A stretch of 64,000 bases of DNA, from the NCBI GenBank assembly GCA_963555825.3, contig CAUVXB020000002.1, positions 800,001 to 864,000 of the forward strand, read 5' to 3'. The stretch comes from Alphaproteobacteria bacterium (lineage in GTDB: Bacteria; Pseudomonadota; Alphaproteobacteria; JAAXGF01). Made by a program: the position numbers and the translations under genes. Of this stretch, positions 9,897 to 18,720 are shown in pieces. How positions within the stretch are numbered: the first letter of the stretch is position 1; each line of letters opens with the position of its first letter. The notes below the pieces were generated by a model. It did not search any database, was not told where the DNA came from, and saw only the letters and a program-made list of their open reading frames with translations.

Positions 9897-10307
9897 ATGA
9901 CCGACAATTTTGAGAACAAAGTTGCTGTTGATGGGCCTGTGGTAAACGAGGGCGAGCTTGGCTCGTCCACGTTTTCCCCGGGCCAGGTTTCGCCGGCAGG
10001 CCCGCTGGGACTTGGCCAGCGGTGGACGGTGACGCGCAAGCGTGAGGTTGCCCTGCGGCTTTTGCGTGGCGAGCCGGTGGAACTTTTGTCGCGGCAGTTG
10101 GGCGTGGAGATTTTCCGGCTCGAGCAGTGGCGTGAGAAGGCGATCGCCGGGATCGATGCCTCGCTCAAGGAACGCAAGGGCGATCCGGTGAAGGCGGAAC
10201 TGGACATCGCCATGAAGCGGATCGGGGAGTTGATCATGCAGGTGGAACTGCTGGAGGCCAAGACGGAGACGTCCGGCCCTTTGGGGCGGCGGAGGTCGCG
10301 GCGATGA
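9897..10307 (+). CDS. IS OrfA (HTH transposase subunit)
   Basis: RWTVTRKREVALRLLRGE..LSRQLGV HTH; ATG after AGGAGG (alternative GTG 9876); ATGA overlap with OrfB. Confidence 0.85.
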   Translation: MTDNFENKVAVDGPVVNEGELGSSTFSPGQVSPAGPLGLGQRWTVTRKREVALRLLRGEPVELLSRQLGVEIFRLEQWREKAIAGIDASLKERKGDPVKAELDIAMKRIGELIMQVELLEAKTETSGPLGRRRSRR

Positions 10308-11215
10308 GTGCCGCCACCTCTCCCGGCACGGGTTTGGCCTACGGCCTCCAGCGGGTCTGTGCGGCCTGGGGTTTTGCCCGTTCCTCGTTCTACGCCATGA
10401 AATCCCGGCAGCAGGCCACCGCTGAGCGCCCACCAGCAAAGCGCCGGGGACCGAAGCCCTCGATCTCGGACGAGGCTCTGCTGGTGGCCATCGAGGCCGA
10501 CCTGGAGGCATCCCCCTGGGAGGGCGAGGGACACCGCAAGGTCTGGGCTCGGCTTCGGGTCTGTCGTGGCATCCGTGTTTCCCGCAAGCGGGGGCTCCGG
10601 GTGATGCGCGAGAACAACCTGCTCTCGCCCCATCGCTGCCGCCGCCGTGGCGGAAATCCCCATGTCGGTGAGATCATCACCCATGCCCCCAACCTCATGT
10701 GGGGCACGGACGGCGTTCGGGTGTTCACGGTGGACGACGGCTGGGGCTGGATATTCACCGCCATCGAGCATTGGAACGCCGAGTGCGTCGGCTGGCATGT
10801 GTGCAAGCGAGGCGACCGCTTCGCCGCCCTTCAGCCGATCTCCATGGGGCTTGCGAGGCTGTATGCCTCGACCTCCGCCGGTGCGGCGCGGGGGCTGGCC
10901 TTGCGGATGGATCACGGCTCCCAGTATCTGTCGGACCACTTCACCAACCAGATCAAGTTCTGGGGCATCCAGCCGTCCTACGCCTTCGTCGAACAGCCCC
11001 AGACCAACGGCGTCGCCGAGAGGTTCAATCGCACGCTCAAGGAACAGATCATCCATGGCCGCATCTACCGCAACATCGCGGAGCTGCGGAACGCCGTCCG
11101 CGGGTTCGTCGAACAGTACAATGCCCAGTGGATCGTGGAGAAGAACGGCTACCTGAGCCCCGCTCAAGCTCGTCAGGCGTGGCACACCGCGATGTCACTC
11201 AGGCCCGCCGCATGA
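10304..11215 (+). CDS. IS OrfB, integrase-core (DDE) transposase
   Basis: WGTD, RMDHGSQY, NGVAERFNRTLKE motifs. Confidence 0.92.
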   Translation: MSAATSPGTGLAYGLQRVCAAWGFARSSFYAMKSRQQATAERPPAKRRGPKPSISDEALLVAIEADLEASPWEGEGHRKVWARLRVCRGIRVSRKRGLRVMRENNLLSPHRCRRRGGNPHVGEIITHAPNLMWGTDGVRVFTVDDGWGWIFTAIEHWNAECVGWHVCKRGDRFAALQPISMGLARLYASTSAGAARGLALRMDHGSQYLSDHFTNQIKFWGIQPSYAFVEQPQTNGVAERFNRTLKEQIIHGRIYRNIAELRNAVRGFVEQYNAQWIVEKNGYLSPAQARQAWHTAMSLRPAA

Positions 11216-11282
11216 GACAAACTTGTGTCCAAGGAACCGGGTGCGATACAAAAATACGAACAGATATAAGGGGCATCGGAAC

Positions 11283-11531
11283 GTGAAGAGAATCATAGCT
11301 ATCACGCTAACGTGCTTTATCGCGTTATCGTCAAGCGTGGTTTCATCGCAGGTCGTCGCTGCTGAAGACAAAGATCTTGCGGCCGTGGCCATCGACAACA
11401 AGGGCAAAGTAGTAGGGTTGGTCGTCGGCTGCGTGGTGGCCTTCCCAGTTGGGTGCATCATAGGTGCAGTTGCTGGGGTGGCCTATGATGAAGTCGTTGA
11501 GCCGATGATAGTTGGTGAGGACGGCAGATAG
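11283..11531 (+). CDS. Small exported/membrane protein with glycine-zipper-like segment
   Basis: GTG after AAGGGG; signal-peptide-like N-terminus; GLVVGCVVAFPVGCIIGAVAG; lower GC. Confidence 0.55.
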   Translation: MKRIIAITLTCFIALSSSVVSSQVVAAEDKDLAAVAIDNKGKVVGLVVGCVVAFPVGCIIGAVAGVAYDEVVEPMIVGEDGR

Positions 11532-11630
11532 GATTGCGTGGCGTCGTCGCGGTCGTTACCGCGTAGACGGCCGGCGACGCGCCCTGTCGTCACTGATTTC
11601 AGCGATTGCGACCATCGGCTTCAGTATTCG

Positions 11631-11789
11631 TCACTGCTGCCGGACACCCTGCGGGTGGCTTGCGACCAACCGATCTATAACCTGGCGGTACGTATTCAGC
11701 GTTGCCAGGGTCGCTTCCTTGTCGGCCTCCATGAGGCGCGAATAGCACACCACGTCGGCAGCGGGTATGGCCGCGAGGCGGCGCTCCAT
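11631..11789 (-). pseudogene. Truncated N-terminal remnant of a class III adenylate cyclase
   Basis: MERRLAAIPAADVVCYSRLMEADKEATLATL...Q* after RBS GGGAGG; same motif as the intact cyclase at 6970. Confidence 0.8.
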
Positions 11790-11995
11790 GTGACGGCCTC
11801 CCTTGTCGGTGAGACTAGCGAGTTTCAGTGGAAGAATCTATCTGCGGAGAGAATCCTCGATTTGCCGCCTTGTGGTAGTTTCCGGACATCCAGCGGTTGG
11901 TATCGCGGGGTCCGCTTCCCATTCGCAAGCGGAATTGAGAGGCCGAAAGTCCATCCCCGCTTATCGGTCGATGCGGTTCCCGCCGCCGCCGGAAA

Positions 11996-12472
11996 TTACT
12001 GAGCCATGGCATCGTTGCCGAGGAAGAGGATGGCGATGCCGACCACGATACAGGCGCCACCGACCAACTGGCGCCACGACAGCGTCTCCTTGAAGACCAG
12101 ATAACCGACGACCATGGTGATGACGATCGTGCCCGAAACGATGACCGGCACGGCGACGGTCGCCGGCATCGGCTTGACGTCGCCGATGCCGCCGAACAGG
12201 TAGAAGTAAGCGATCTCGGCGCCGCCGATGCAAATGCCGGCCGCCGCGGCCCAATGATACGCGGTCGTCGGCAGCGCCAGGCTGTGCCCGCCACGCAGAA
12301 CGACGAATGCGATGAACGCCATCGACGTCGAGAGCGCCGCGAGCTGCAGGCACACCGTCGCCAGGATGGTCGACGTCGCCTCGGCCGGGACATGCGATCC
12401 CGACACCTTGATCAAGAGATTGTAGCCCGCGTAGAGCAGCGTGACCGTGACAAGCAAAAACGTGCTGACCAT
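11996..12472 (-). CDS. Small EamA/DMT-like membrane transporter
   Basis: 158 aa, about 5 TM, LVFKETLSWRQLVG EamA-type motif; divergent from LysR. Confidence 0.75.
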   Translation of the reverse strand: MVSTFLLVTVTLLYAGYNLLIKVSGSHVPAEATSTILATVCLQLAALSTSMAFIAFVVLRGGHSLALPTTAYHWAAAAGICIGGAEIAYFYLFGGIGDVKPMPATVAVPVIVSGTIVITMVVGYLVFKETLSWRQLVGGACIVVGIAILFLGNDAMAQ

Positions 12473-12664
12473 TTCTCCCATCCCCTCAAACATTCATCCG
12501 CACAACCGACCGCGAGAGCAACAAGTACTGTCACGGACCGGTCCCTGGCGCCATCCGATAGCCTATTCGATCCTCGTCGGTGGTTGTCGATTTCCTCCGA
12601 CTTGATTTGTCATCGGGATTTCTCGACGATACCGGCGTCTATCAGCCGAAGGAGGAAACCGCGG

Positions 12665-13627
12665 ATGGCGGCGAGCAACCGCAATGCCCAAAGCGCGGAG
12701 ACGCAACCGATGACGGGCCGTCGGTTCGCACAGTCGCTCGACTGGAACCTGCTGAGGACCTTCTACCAGATCGTCCAGGCCGGCGGCATCAGCGAAGCCG
12801 CGCGGCGCAGCAGCCGCAAGCAGCCGGCGTTGAGCATGGCGCTCAAGCGGCTCGAGGACCACGTCGGCGCGCGGCTCTGCCGGCGCGGCCCGGGCGGCTT
12901 CAAGCTCACCCGCGAGGGCGAGCTGCTGGCCGAGACCTGCGGCGCGCTCTACGGCGGCGTCGCCAACATTCCGCACTCGGTCGCCAACGTGGCCACCGAC
13001 GTCCACGGCCGGGTCCGAATCCAGTTGATCAGCAACCTGGTCGACCCGCGCATCGACGACGCCATCCAGTCGTTTCACCGCGCCCACCAGCTGGTCGAAC
13101 TCTTCATCAGCGTCGCCACGTGGGACGTCATTCAACGCAGCGTGCTGCGCGACGAGGTCGAGATCGGCATCGCGCCGAGCCATCACCGGGATTCCGACCT
13201 GCGCTACGAGCTGTTGTTCCACGAGGTTTACCGGCCCTACTGCGGACGCTCGCACCCTTTGTTCGGCGTCACCGCCGACCGTCCCGCCGACCTCGCCGCT
13301 TACCCCTTTATCCTGACCGGCGCCGACGAACCCTACCAGCAGACCAAGTTCCGCCAGCGCTATGGCCTGGGCCGCCACGTCGCGGGCCTCTCCGAGCACC
13401 TCGAGGAAGCGCGCCGGATGACCGTGCTCGGCCTCGGCCTCTGCTTCCTGCCCGAGGCGTTCGTCGCGCGCGAAACGGAAAGCGGCCACCTGCATCCGGT
13501 ATTGGGGTCGGATAACAACCCGTCGTCGGAGATTTCCGTCATTTCCCATCCCCAGGCGCCGCCGCACCGGGCGCGCGACCTGCTGTTGGAGCACTTCCGC
13601 GACGTCATGCCCCTAACACGAAAATGA
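12665..13627 (+). CDS. LysR family transcriptional regulator
   Basis: LDWNLLRTF...GGISEAA...QPALSMALKRLE HTH plus substrate-binding domain. Confidence 0.93.
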   Translation: MAASNRNAQSAETQPMTGRRFAQSLDWNLLRTFYQIVQAGGISEAARRSSRKQPALSMALKRLEDHVGARLCRRGPGGFKLTREGELLAETCGALYGGVANIPHSVANVATDVHGRVRIQLISNLVDPRIDDAIQSFHRAHQLVELFISVATWDVIQRSVLRDEVEIGIAPSHHRDSDLRYELLFHEVYRPYCGRSHPLFGVTADRPADLAAYPFILTGADEPYQQTKFRQRYGLGRHVAGLSEHLEEARRMTVLGLGLCFLPEAFVARETESGHLHPVLGSDNNPSSEISVISHPQAPPHRARDLLLEHFRDVMPLTRK

Positions 13628-13661
13628 GAGACCGCAACGCGAACCTAGTCGATCGTTGTAG

Positions 13662-13678
13662 CATCAGTTACATTGATG
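13662..13678. promoter_or_regulatory. Putative LysR box (T-N11-A palindrome) upstream of the ABC operon
   Basis: catca-gttacat-tgatg in an AT-rich intergenic region. Confidence 0.6.
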
Positions 13679-13804
13679 ATAATCATCGGGTTAATGGACC
13701 TATTACCTAATTCCGCGAATGTTTAGAATGATTTGTTTGGGATTCCAAATACCGATCCAGAGACATCGTCCGAAAGCGGCGAAGCACTGGTTGGAGGGCG
13801 CTTG

Positions 13805-14677
13805 GTGGAACACGAAACGGCGGCCGAACGGTCGCTGAAGGATGGCATGGCGGCGTCCGAAGAAGCCGCACCGCGCCACAGGGAACGGTTCTTGGAGTTG
13901 CTGTCGCCGCCCTCGGCGCGCCGCTCGGCAGTGCTGGGGGTCGTTGGCGCCATTGTCTTTTTCGCCGTCTGGGAGGCCGGCCATTACGCGACACCCGAAG
14001 CGGGCCAGCGCTTCCTGCCGGCGGTCGAGCAGGTCGTGGGCAAGCTCATCTTCCTGTTCACCGAAAAGGGCTTCCTGACAGATGTGGCGGTCAGTTGCAT
14101 GCGCATCTTCGGCAGCTTCTTCATAGCCTCGCTCATCGCCGTGCCGCTGGGCATCGCCATGGGCTGCTTCGGCAGCCTGAAGGCGCTGGTCAACCCGACC
14201 GTGTCGGGCTGGCGATATCTGCCAGCGGCCTCCTTCATCCCGCTGCTGCTTGTCTGGTTCGGCCCGTCCGAGACGGCCAAGATCGCGCTGCTGATCCTCG
14301 GCGTCGTTTTCTTCCTCGTCGCCATGGTGCTCGACAATACCGAGGCGGTTCAACGCGAGTTCATCGAGGCGGCGCTCACCATGGGCGCGAGCCGCACGCG
14401 CATCGTCTTCGAGGTCGTGGTGCCGGCGGTATTCCCGGCCATCATCGATTCGATGCGTACCATGATCGCCGTAGGGTGGACCTATCTGGTCATCGCCAAG
14501 ATCGTCGGCGCCCAGGACGGCATCGGCGCGGTGATGATGCGCGCCGGGCGGTTCCTGCATGTCGACATCATCATGGCCGGCATCATGATGATCGGCATTC
14601 TCGGCGTTCTGACCGACATCCTGTTCCGCGTCGCCTCGCGTTTTCTCTTCCCGTGGAATGTCGCGCGAAAGGTTTGA
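13805..14677 (+). CDS. ABC transporter permease (NitT/TauT type)
   Basis: EAA motif FIEAALTMGASR; RYLPAASFIPLL; start uncertain (GTG 13805 after GGAGG). Confidence 0.88.
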   Translation: MEHETAAERSLKDGMAASEEAAPRHRERFLELLSPPSARRSAVLGVVGAIVFFAVWEAGHYATPEAGQRFLPAVEQVVGKLIFLFTEKGFLTDVAVSCMRIFGSFFIASLIAVPLGIAMGCFGSLKALVNPTVSGWRYLPAASFIPLLLVWFGPSETAKIALLILGVVFFLVAMVLDNTEAVQREFIEAALTMGASRTRIVFEVVVPAVFPAIIDSMRTMIAVGWTYLVIAKIVGAQDGIGAVMMRAGRFLHVDIIMAGIMMIGILGVLTDILFRVASRFLFPWNVARKV

Positions 14678-14680
14678 CGG

Positions 14681-15493
14681 ATGACCGAACGCAGCCAGCC
14701 GGACACCCTGCCCAGAGACGCCGTCGTGGCGCGCAACATCACCAAGCAGTACGTGAAGGGCACGTTCACGGCGCTCGACGATATCACCCTGACGCTCCAC
14801 GAGAACCAGTTCGTCTGTTTCATCGGTCCGTCGGGCTGCGGCAAGACGACCATGCTGCGCCTGATCTCCGGGCTCGAGATGCCGACCCGCGGACGGCTTT
14901 CGACTTTCGGCGAGGCGATCGGCGGGCCGGGACCGGACCGCGGCATGATCTTTCAGGCCTATACCTCGTTTCCCTGGCTCACGGCTCGCAAAAACATCGA
15001 ATACGGCATGAAGATCGTCGGCGTGCCCAGGGCCGAGCGCGAGCAAAAGGCGACCGAGATGCTCAAGTTTGTCCATCTCGAGGATTTCGAGAACAGCTAT
15101 CCGCACAGCCTGTCGGGCGGCATGAAGCAGCGCGTCGCTCTCGCCCGCACTCTGGCGCAGGACCCGCAGGTTTTGCTGATGGACGAGCCCTTCGGTGCGC
15201 TCGACGCCCAGGTCCGCTGGGAAATGCAGGAAATGATGATCGAAGTCATCGAGCGCGAGAGCAAGACGGTGATCGCCGTCACCCATGACATCGAGGAGGC
15301 CATCTATCTCTCCGACCGAATCATCTTCTTCACCCGCCAGCCTGGCCGCATCAAGGCCGACATCGCGCTTGAGTTCAAGCAGGGGCGGCGCTTTCCGCGC
15401 AAGGAGGAACTCTTCGAGCAGCCGGGCTACGTCGAAATGGAACGCCAGCTTTTCGCCATGATGCGCGAGGAGATCACCGGCAGCGCAGCCTGA
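14681..15493 (+). CDS. ABC transporter ATP-binding protein (NitT/TauT type)
   Basis: GPSGCGKT, LSGGMKQR, LLMDEPFGALD. Confidence 0.95.
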   Translation: MTERSQPDTLPRDAVVARNITKQYVKGTFTALDDITLTLHENQFVCFIGPSGCGKTTMLRLISGLEMPTRGRLSTFGEAIGGPGPDRGMIFQAYTSFPWLTARKNIEYGMKIVGVPRAEREQKATEMLKFVHLEDFENSYPHSLSGGMKQRVALARTLAQDPQVLLMDEPFGALDAQVRWEMQEMMIEVIERESKTVIAVTHDIEEAIYLSDRIIFFTRQPGRIKADIALEFKQGRRFPRKEELFEQPGYVEMERQLFAMMREEITGSAA

Positions 15494-15559
15494 ACGATGG
15501 CGCTGTCGGCAACGATCGAAAATCGAGATCCGATACCGTATCCAGCAAGGGAGGAAGCC

Positions 15560-16726
15560 ATGAGAAGTAATAAACGTCTAATTCGAACGACCGCCGCGTT
15601 GGCGCTGATCGCCGGCATCGCGGGCGGCTTGGCGCTGGCGGCGCCGTCGCCGGCGCGGGCAGCCGAAGAGATCGACATCGCCATCATCTCTTTCTCACCC
15701 TACGCGCCGTGGTACATCGTCAAGGAAAAGGGCTTGGCAAAGGGCCTCGACATCAACGTCCGCCTCATCGAGGACATCACGGCCAAGAACGCCGCCGTCA
15801 CCAGCGGTAGTGTGCCCTGTATGCTGAACACCCTCGACTCGGTTGTCGTAGCGCGCGCCGCCGGTGTGCCGCTCAAGGTCATCGCCGTACCGGCGATGTC
15901 CTACGGCCTCGACGAGATGGTGGTCGACGCCTCGATTACCTCGGTCGACCAGTTCCCGGGCAAGAGCTATGGCGCCGACTACGCCTTCCTAAACCACATG
16001 TGGATGCTGTTGACGCTTAAGAACGCGGGCCTCCCCCTCGATGCCCTGTCGCACAAGATCATGTTGCCCCAGGACAGCGCCGCTGCGTTCGTCAGCGGTG
16101 GCCTCGACATCGACGTCAATTACAAGCCGTTCTCCACGCAGTCACTGACGCGGTCGGGCGCCCATGCGCTCAAGACCAGCCTCACCGACCGGACATGGGA
16201 GCGCGGGTTGATTTCGGAAGCCATTGCCTGCAACGAGACCTGGCTCAAGGAAAACCCGGACACCGCCAAGGAGTTGCTGCGCGCCTGGTTCGAGGCCGTC
16301 GATTGGTGGAAAGAGAACCCGGTTGAAGGCAACGATTTAATTGCCAAAGGCCTCGACTGGCCGGTCGCCGATGTCAGGGAGACCCAATACGGCGCCATCA
16401 TGCTGAGCCTCGACCAAAACCTCGGTGCCTTCGGCATCGGCGGTGGCAAGCCGGTCTGCGCCAGCCTGCCCGACGGGGCGCCCGAGGGGCCCTCGGAGCC
16501 GAGCGGCTGGGGCGCCTCCCTGTTCGGCGGCCGACCGGATTGCGAGGCCGGCTATCTGCCCGCCACCTGGGACCTGTTCAATAGCGTCTACAGAGAGGCT
16601 GGGGTCGTCGACACCACCGCCATGGCCAGTGACGGTCTCGACACGAGCGTTCTGGAAGCACTCGTCGCCGACGGAATCGATAAGACGTACATGTCCAACG
16701 CCTGGATCGGGCGGGTCGGGCTGTAA
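15560..16726 (+). CDS. ABC substrate-binding protein (NMT1/SsuA-like)
   Basis: Signal peptide after GGGAGG RBS; operon position; SYGLDEMV motif. Confidence 0.85.
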   Translation: MRSNKRLIRTTAALALIAGIAGGLALAAPSPARAAEEIDIAIISFSPYAPWYIVKEKGLAKGLDINVRLIEDITAKNAAVTSGSVPCMLNTLDSVVVARAAGVPLKVIAVPAMSYGLDEMVVDASITSVDQFPGKSYGADYAFLNHMWMLLTLKNAGLPLDALSHKIMLPQDSAAAFVSGGLDIDVNYKPFSTQSLTRSGAHALKTSLTDRTWERGLISEAIACNETWLKENPDTAKELLRAWFEAVDWWKENPVEGNDLIAKGLDWPVADVRETQYGAIMLSLDQNLGAFGIGGGKPVCASLPDGAPEGPSEPSGWGASLFGGRPDCEAGYLPATWDLFNSVYREAGVVDTTAMASDGLDTSVLEALVADGIDKTYMSNAWIGRVGL

Positions 16727-16747
16727 TCGCGAGCTGTCGATCGTAGA

Positions 16748-16779
16748 CCGGGCGCTGGATCGCGGGATCCGGCGCCCGG
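16748..16779 (+). other. Intra-operon stem-loop (possible mRNA-stabilising hairpin)
   Basis: ccgggcgctggatc-gcgg-gatccggcgcccgg, no U-tract. Confidence 0.5.
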
Positions 16780-16800
16780 GCAACGCGAGGAGATCATTCA

Positions 16801-17991
16801 ATGCCTGATCCAAAGACCGGCGAGCTGCGCGGCAACCGCAACCTCAATCGCTTGCGGCGCATTTCGCAGACCAAGCAGGACGAGGAGATCAAGCGCAACC
16901 TGGAACTCGGCCTCGAGGCCGCCGCCTCGATCAACGACCGGTCCATCTCGCTGTTCAGCCGCGGTCATCAACCCGCCTTCGCCGGTATCAACACCTTCCT
17001 GAAGATGCCCTACTGCGAAGACATCCGCAATGTCGGCGACTACGAGGCGGCGTTCGTCGGCGTGCCGTTCGACACCGGCACGACCTACCGGCCCGGCACC
17101 CGTTTCGGGCCGCAGGCGGTGCGGCGGATTTCGGCCGTCTACGACGGCTATTCGGTCGACGGCGGCGTCGATCTCTTCGAGGAGCTCGACATCTGCGACG
17201 CCGGCGACGTGTTCGTCATCCCGGGCAACATCGAGAAAACCTTCGACCAGGTTTCGAAGGCGATCTCGCACATCTACACCTCGGGCGCCTTCCCGGTGAT
17301 CTGCGGCGGCGACCACAGCCTCGGCTATCCCAACGTGCGCGGCATCGCGCCGCATATCGAGGGCAACGTCGGCATCATCCATTTCGACCGGCATATCGAC
17401 ATGCAGGACATGGACATGGACGAGCGCATGCACACCACGCCGTGGTTCTGGACTTCCAATGCTCACGAGAGCGTCGACGTCCACGGCACGCACCGCGACC
17501 ACAGCCATATGCACGACATCGGCCTCGACAACTGCCCGCCAAAGAACCTGGTGCAGATCGGCATCGGCGGCTGGTACGGCTCGCGGCCCGGCTCCGAGGT
17601 CGCCAACGAGCGCGGCACCAGCGTCATGACCATGAAGGATGTCGAGGAGCTGGGCGTCCAGAAGGCCGCCGAGATGGCGCTCGAGCTTGCCTGGAAGGAC
17701 GCCGTGGCGGTCTATCTGTCGTTCGATATCGACTCGATCGATCCCGGTTTCGCGCCCGGCACCGGCACCCCCGAGCCCGGCGGCTTCTTGCCCCGCGAGG
17801 CGCTCGAGATGGTCCGCCTGATCGCCCGCGAGGGATTGTGCGGCATGGAAGTGGTCGAGGTCTCGCCGCCCTACGACGTCAACGACAACACCTCGCAGCT
17901 CGCCTGCCGGGTCATGCTCGACGTCCTCGGTACGATGGTCGTCGAAGGCAAGCTCGGCCACCGCGACCGGGTCATGGCGGCCGAGGACTGA
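16801..17991 (+). CDS. Ureohydrolase of the guanidine hydrolase (GdmH)-like clade
   Basis: FSRG...FAGINTF N-terminal extension, GTTYRPGTRFGPQ, GGDHS, HFDRHID, DERMH, SFDIDSID, PEPGG. Confidence 0.85.
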   Translation: MPDPKTGELRGNRNLNRLRRISQTKQDEEIKRNLELGLEAAASINDRSISLFSRGHQPAFAGINTFLKMPYCEDIRNVGDYEAAFVGVPFDTGTTYRPGTRFGPQAVRRISAVYDGYSVDGGVDLFEELDICDAGDVFVIPGNIEKTFDQVSKAISHIYTSGAFPVICGGDHSLGYPNVRGIAPHIEGNVGIIHFDRHIDMQDMDMDERMHTTPWFWTSNAHESVDVHGTHRDHSHMHDIGLDNCPPKNLVQIGIGGWYGSRPGSEVANERGTSVMTMKDVEELGVQKAAEMALELAWKDAVAVYLSFDIDSIDPGFAPGTGTPEPGGFLPREALEMVRLIAREGLCGMEVVEVSPPYDVNDNTSQLACRVMLDVLGTMVVEGKLGHRDRVMAAED

Positions 17992-18030
17992 CATGGCGGG
18001 TGTCGCGGCCGGACGTGATCGCTGTCCGAC

Positions 18031-18720
18031 ATGATTGGCGCGCTGCTTCTCGGCCTGCTGCTCGGCATGCAGCATGCGCTCGAAGCCGACCATTTGGCGG
18101 CGGTGGCGAGCCTGGCGACGAGCGCTCGCTCGCGGCGCGGCATCCTGCGCCACGGCGTCAGCTGGGGCGTCGGCCATATGCTGACGCTCGCGGTCTTCGC
18201 CGGCGCGGTCATCGTCTCGGAACGCACCATCGGCGGCGCCCTCGCCGGCTGGCTGGAAGGCGCCGTCGGCGTCATGTTGGTGCTGCTCGGCGCCAGCGTG
18301 CTGCGCCGCCTCTATCGCGGTCGCATCCACTTCCACGTCCACGACCACGCCGACGACCGGGTCCACCTCCACGCCCACTCCCACGCCGACGACGCGGCGC
18401 CGCACCAGCACTCGACGCACGACCACGAGCATCCACGCGGCGTTCCGTTGCGCAGCCTCGCGGTCGGCATGATGCACGGCCTGGCGGGCTCGGCCGCGCT
18501 GGTCGTGCTGGCGGCGACCGCGCTCAGCTCACCGCTCGAGGGCTTGATCTACGTCGCCCTGTTCGGGCTCGGCTCGGTCGGCGGCATGGCGCTGCTGTCG
18601 TTCGCGATCGCCATCCCGATGCGCCTCACGGCCAACGTCCTGACCTGGACGCACCGCGGCCTGCAGGGCGGCATCGGTTGCGCCACGATCGTCCTGGGCG
18701 GCGTCATCATCCTCGGCTAG
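18031..18720 (+). CDS. UreH/NiCoT-like nickel permease with His-rich loop
   Basis: HALEADHLAAV, WGVGH, HFHVHDH..HLHAHSH, GMMHGLAGS. Confidence 0.88.
   Translation: MIGALLLGLLLGMQHALEADHLAAVASLATSARSRRGILRHGVSWGVGHMLTLAVFAGAVIVSERTIGGALAGWLEGAVGVMLVLLGASVLRRLYRGRIHFHVHDHADDRVHLHAHSHADDAAPHQHSTHDHEHPRGVPLRSLAVGMMHGLAGSAALVVLAATALSSPLEGLIYVALFGLGSVGGMALLSFAIAIPMRLTANVLTWTHRGLQGGIGCATIVLGGVIILG

Larger units (their letters stand above)
9831..11250 (+). mobile_element. IS3/IS481-like DDE insertion sequence copy 1 (1420 bp), 14-bp target duplication
   Basis: TIRs tgagtcggacccgatttccttggacac / tgtatcgcacccggttccttggacac; DR aaaatacgaacaga at 9817-9830 and 11251-11264. Confidence 0.95.

Noticed and set aside
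13628-13804. Guanidine riboswitch upstream of the ABC/ureohydrolase operon
   Set aside because: No ykkC-like motifs or paired ACGR hairpins visible; a LysR-type palindrome is present instead.
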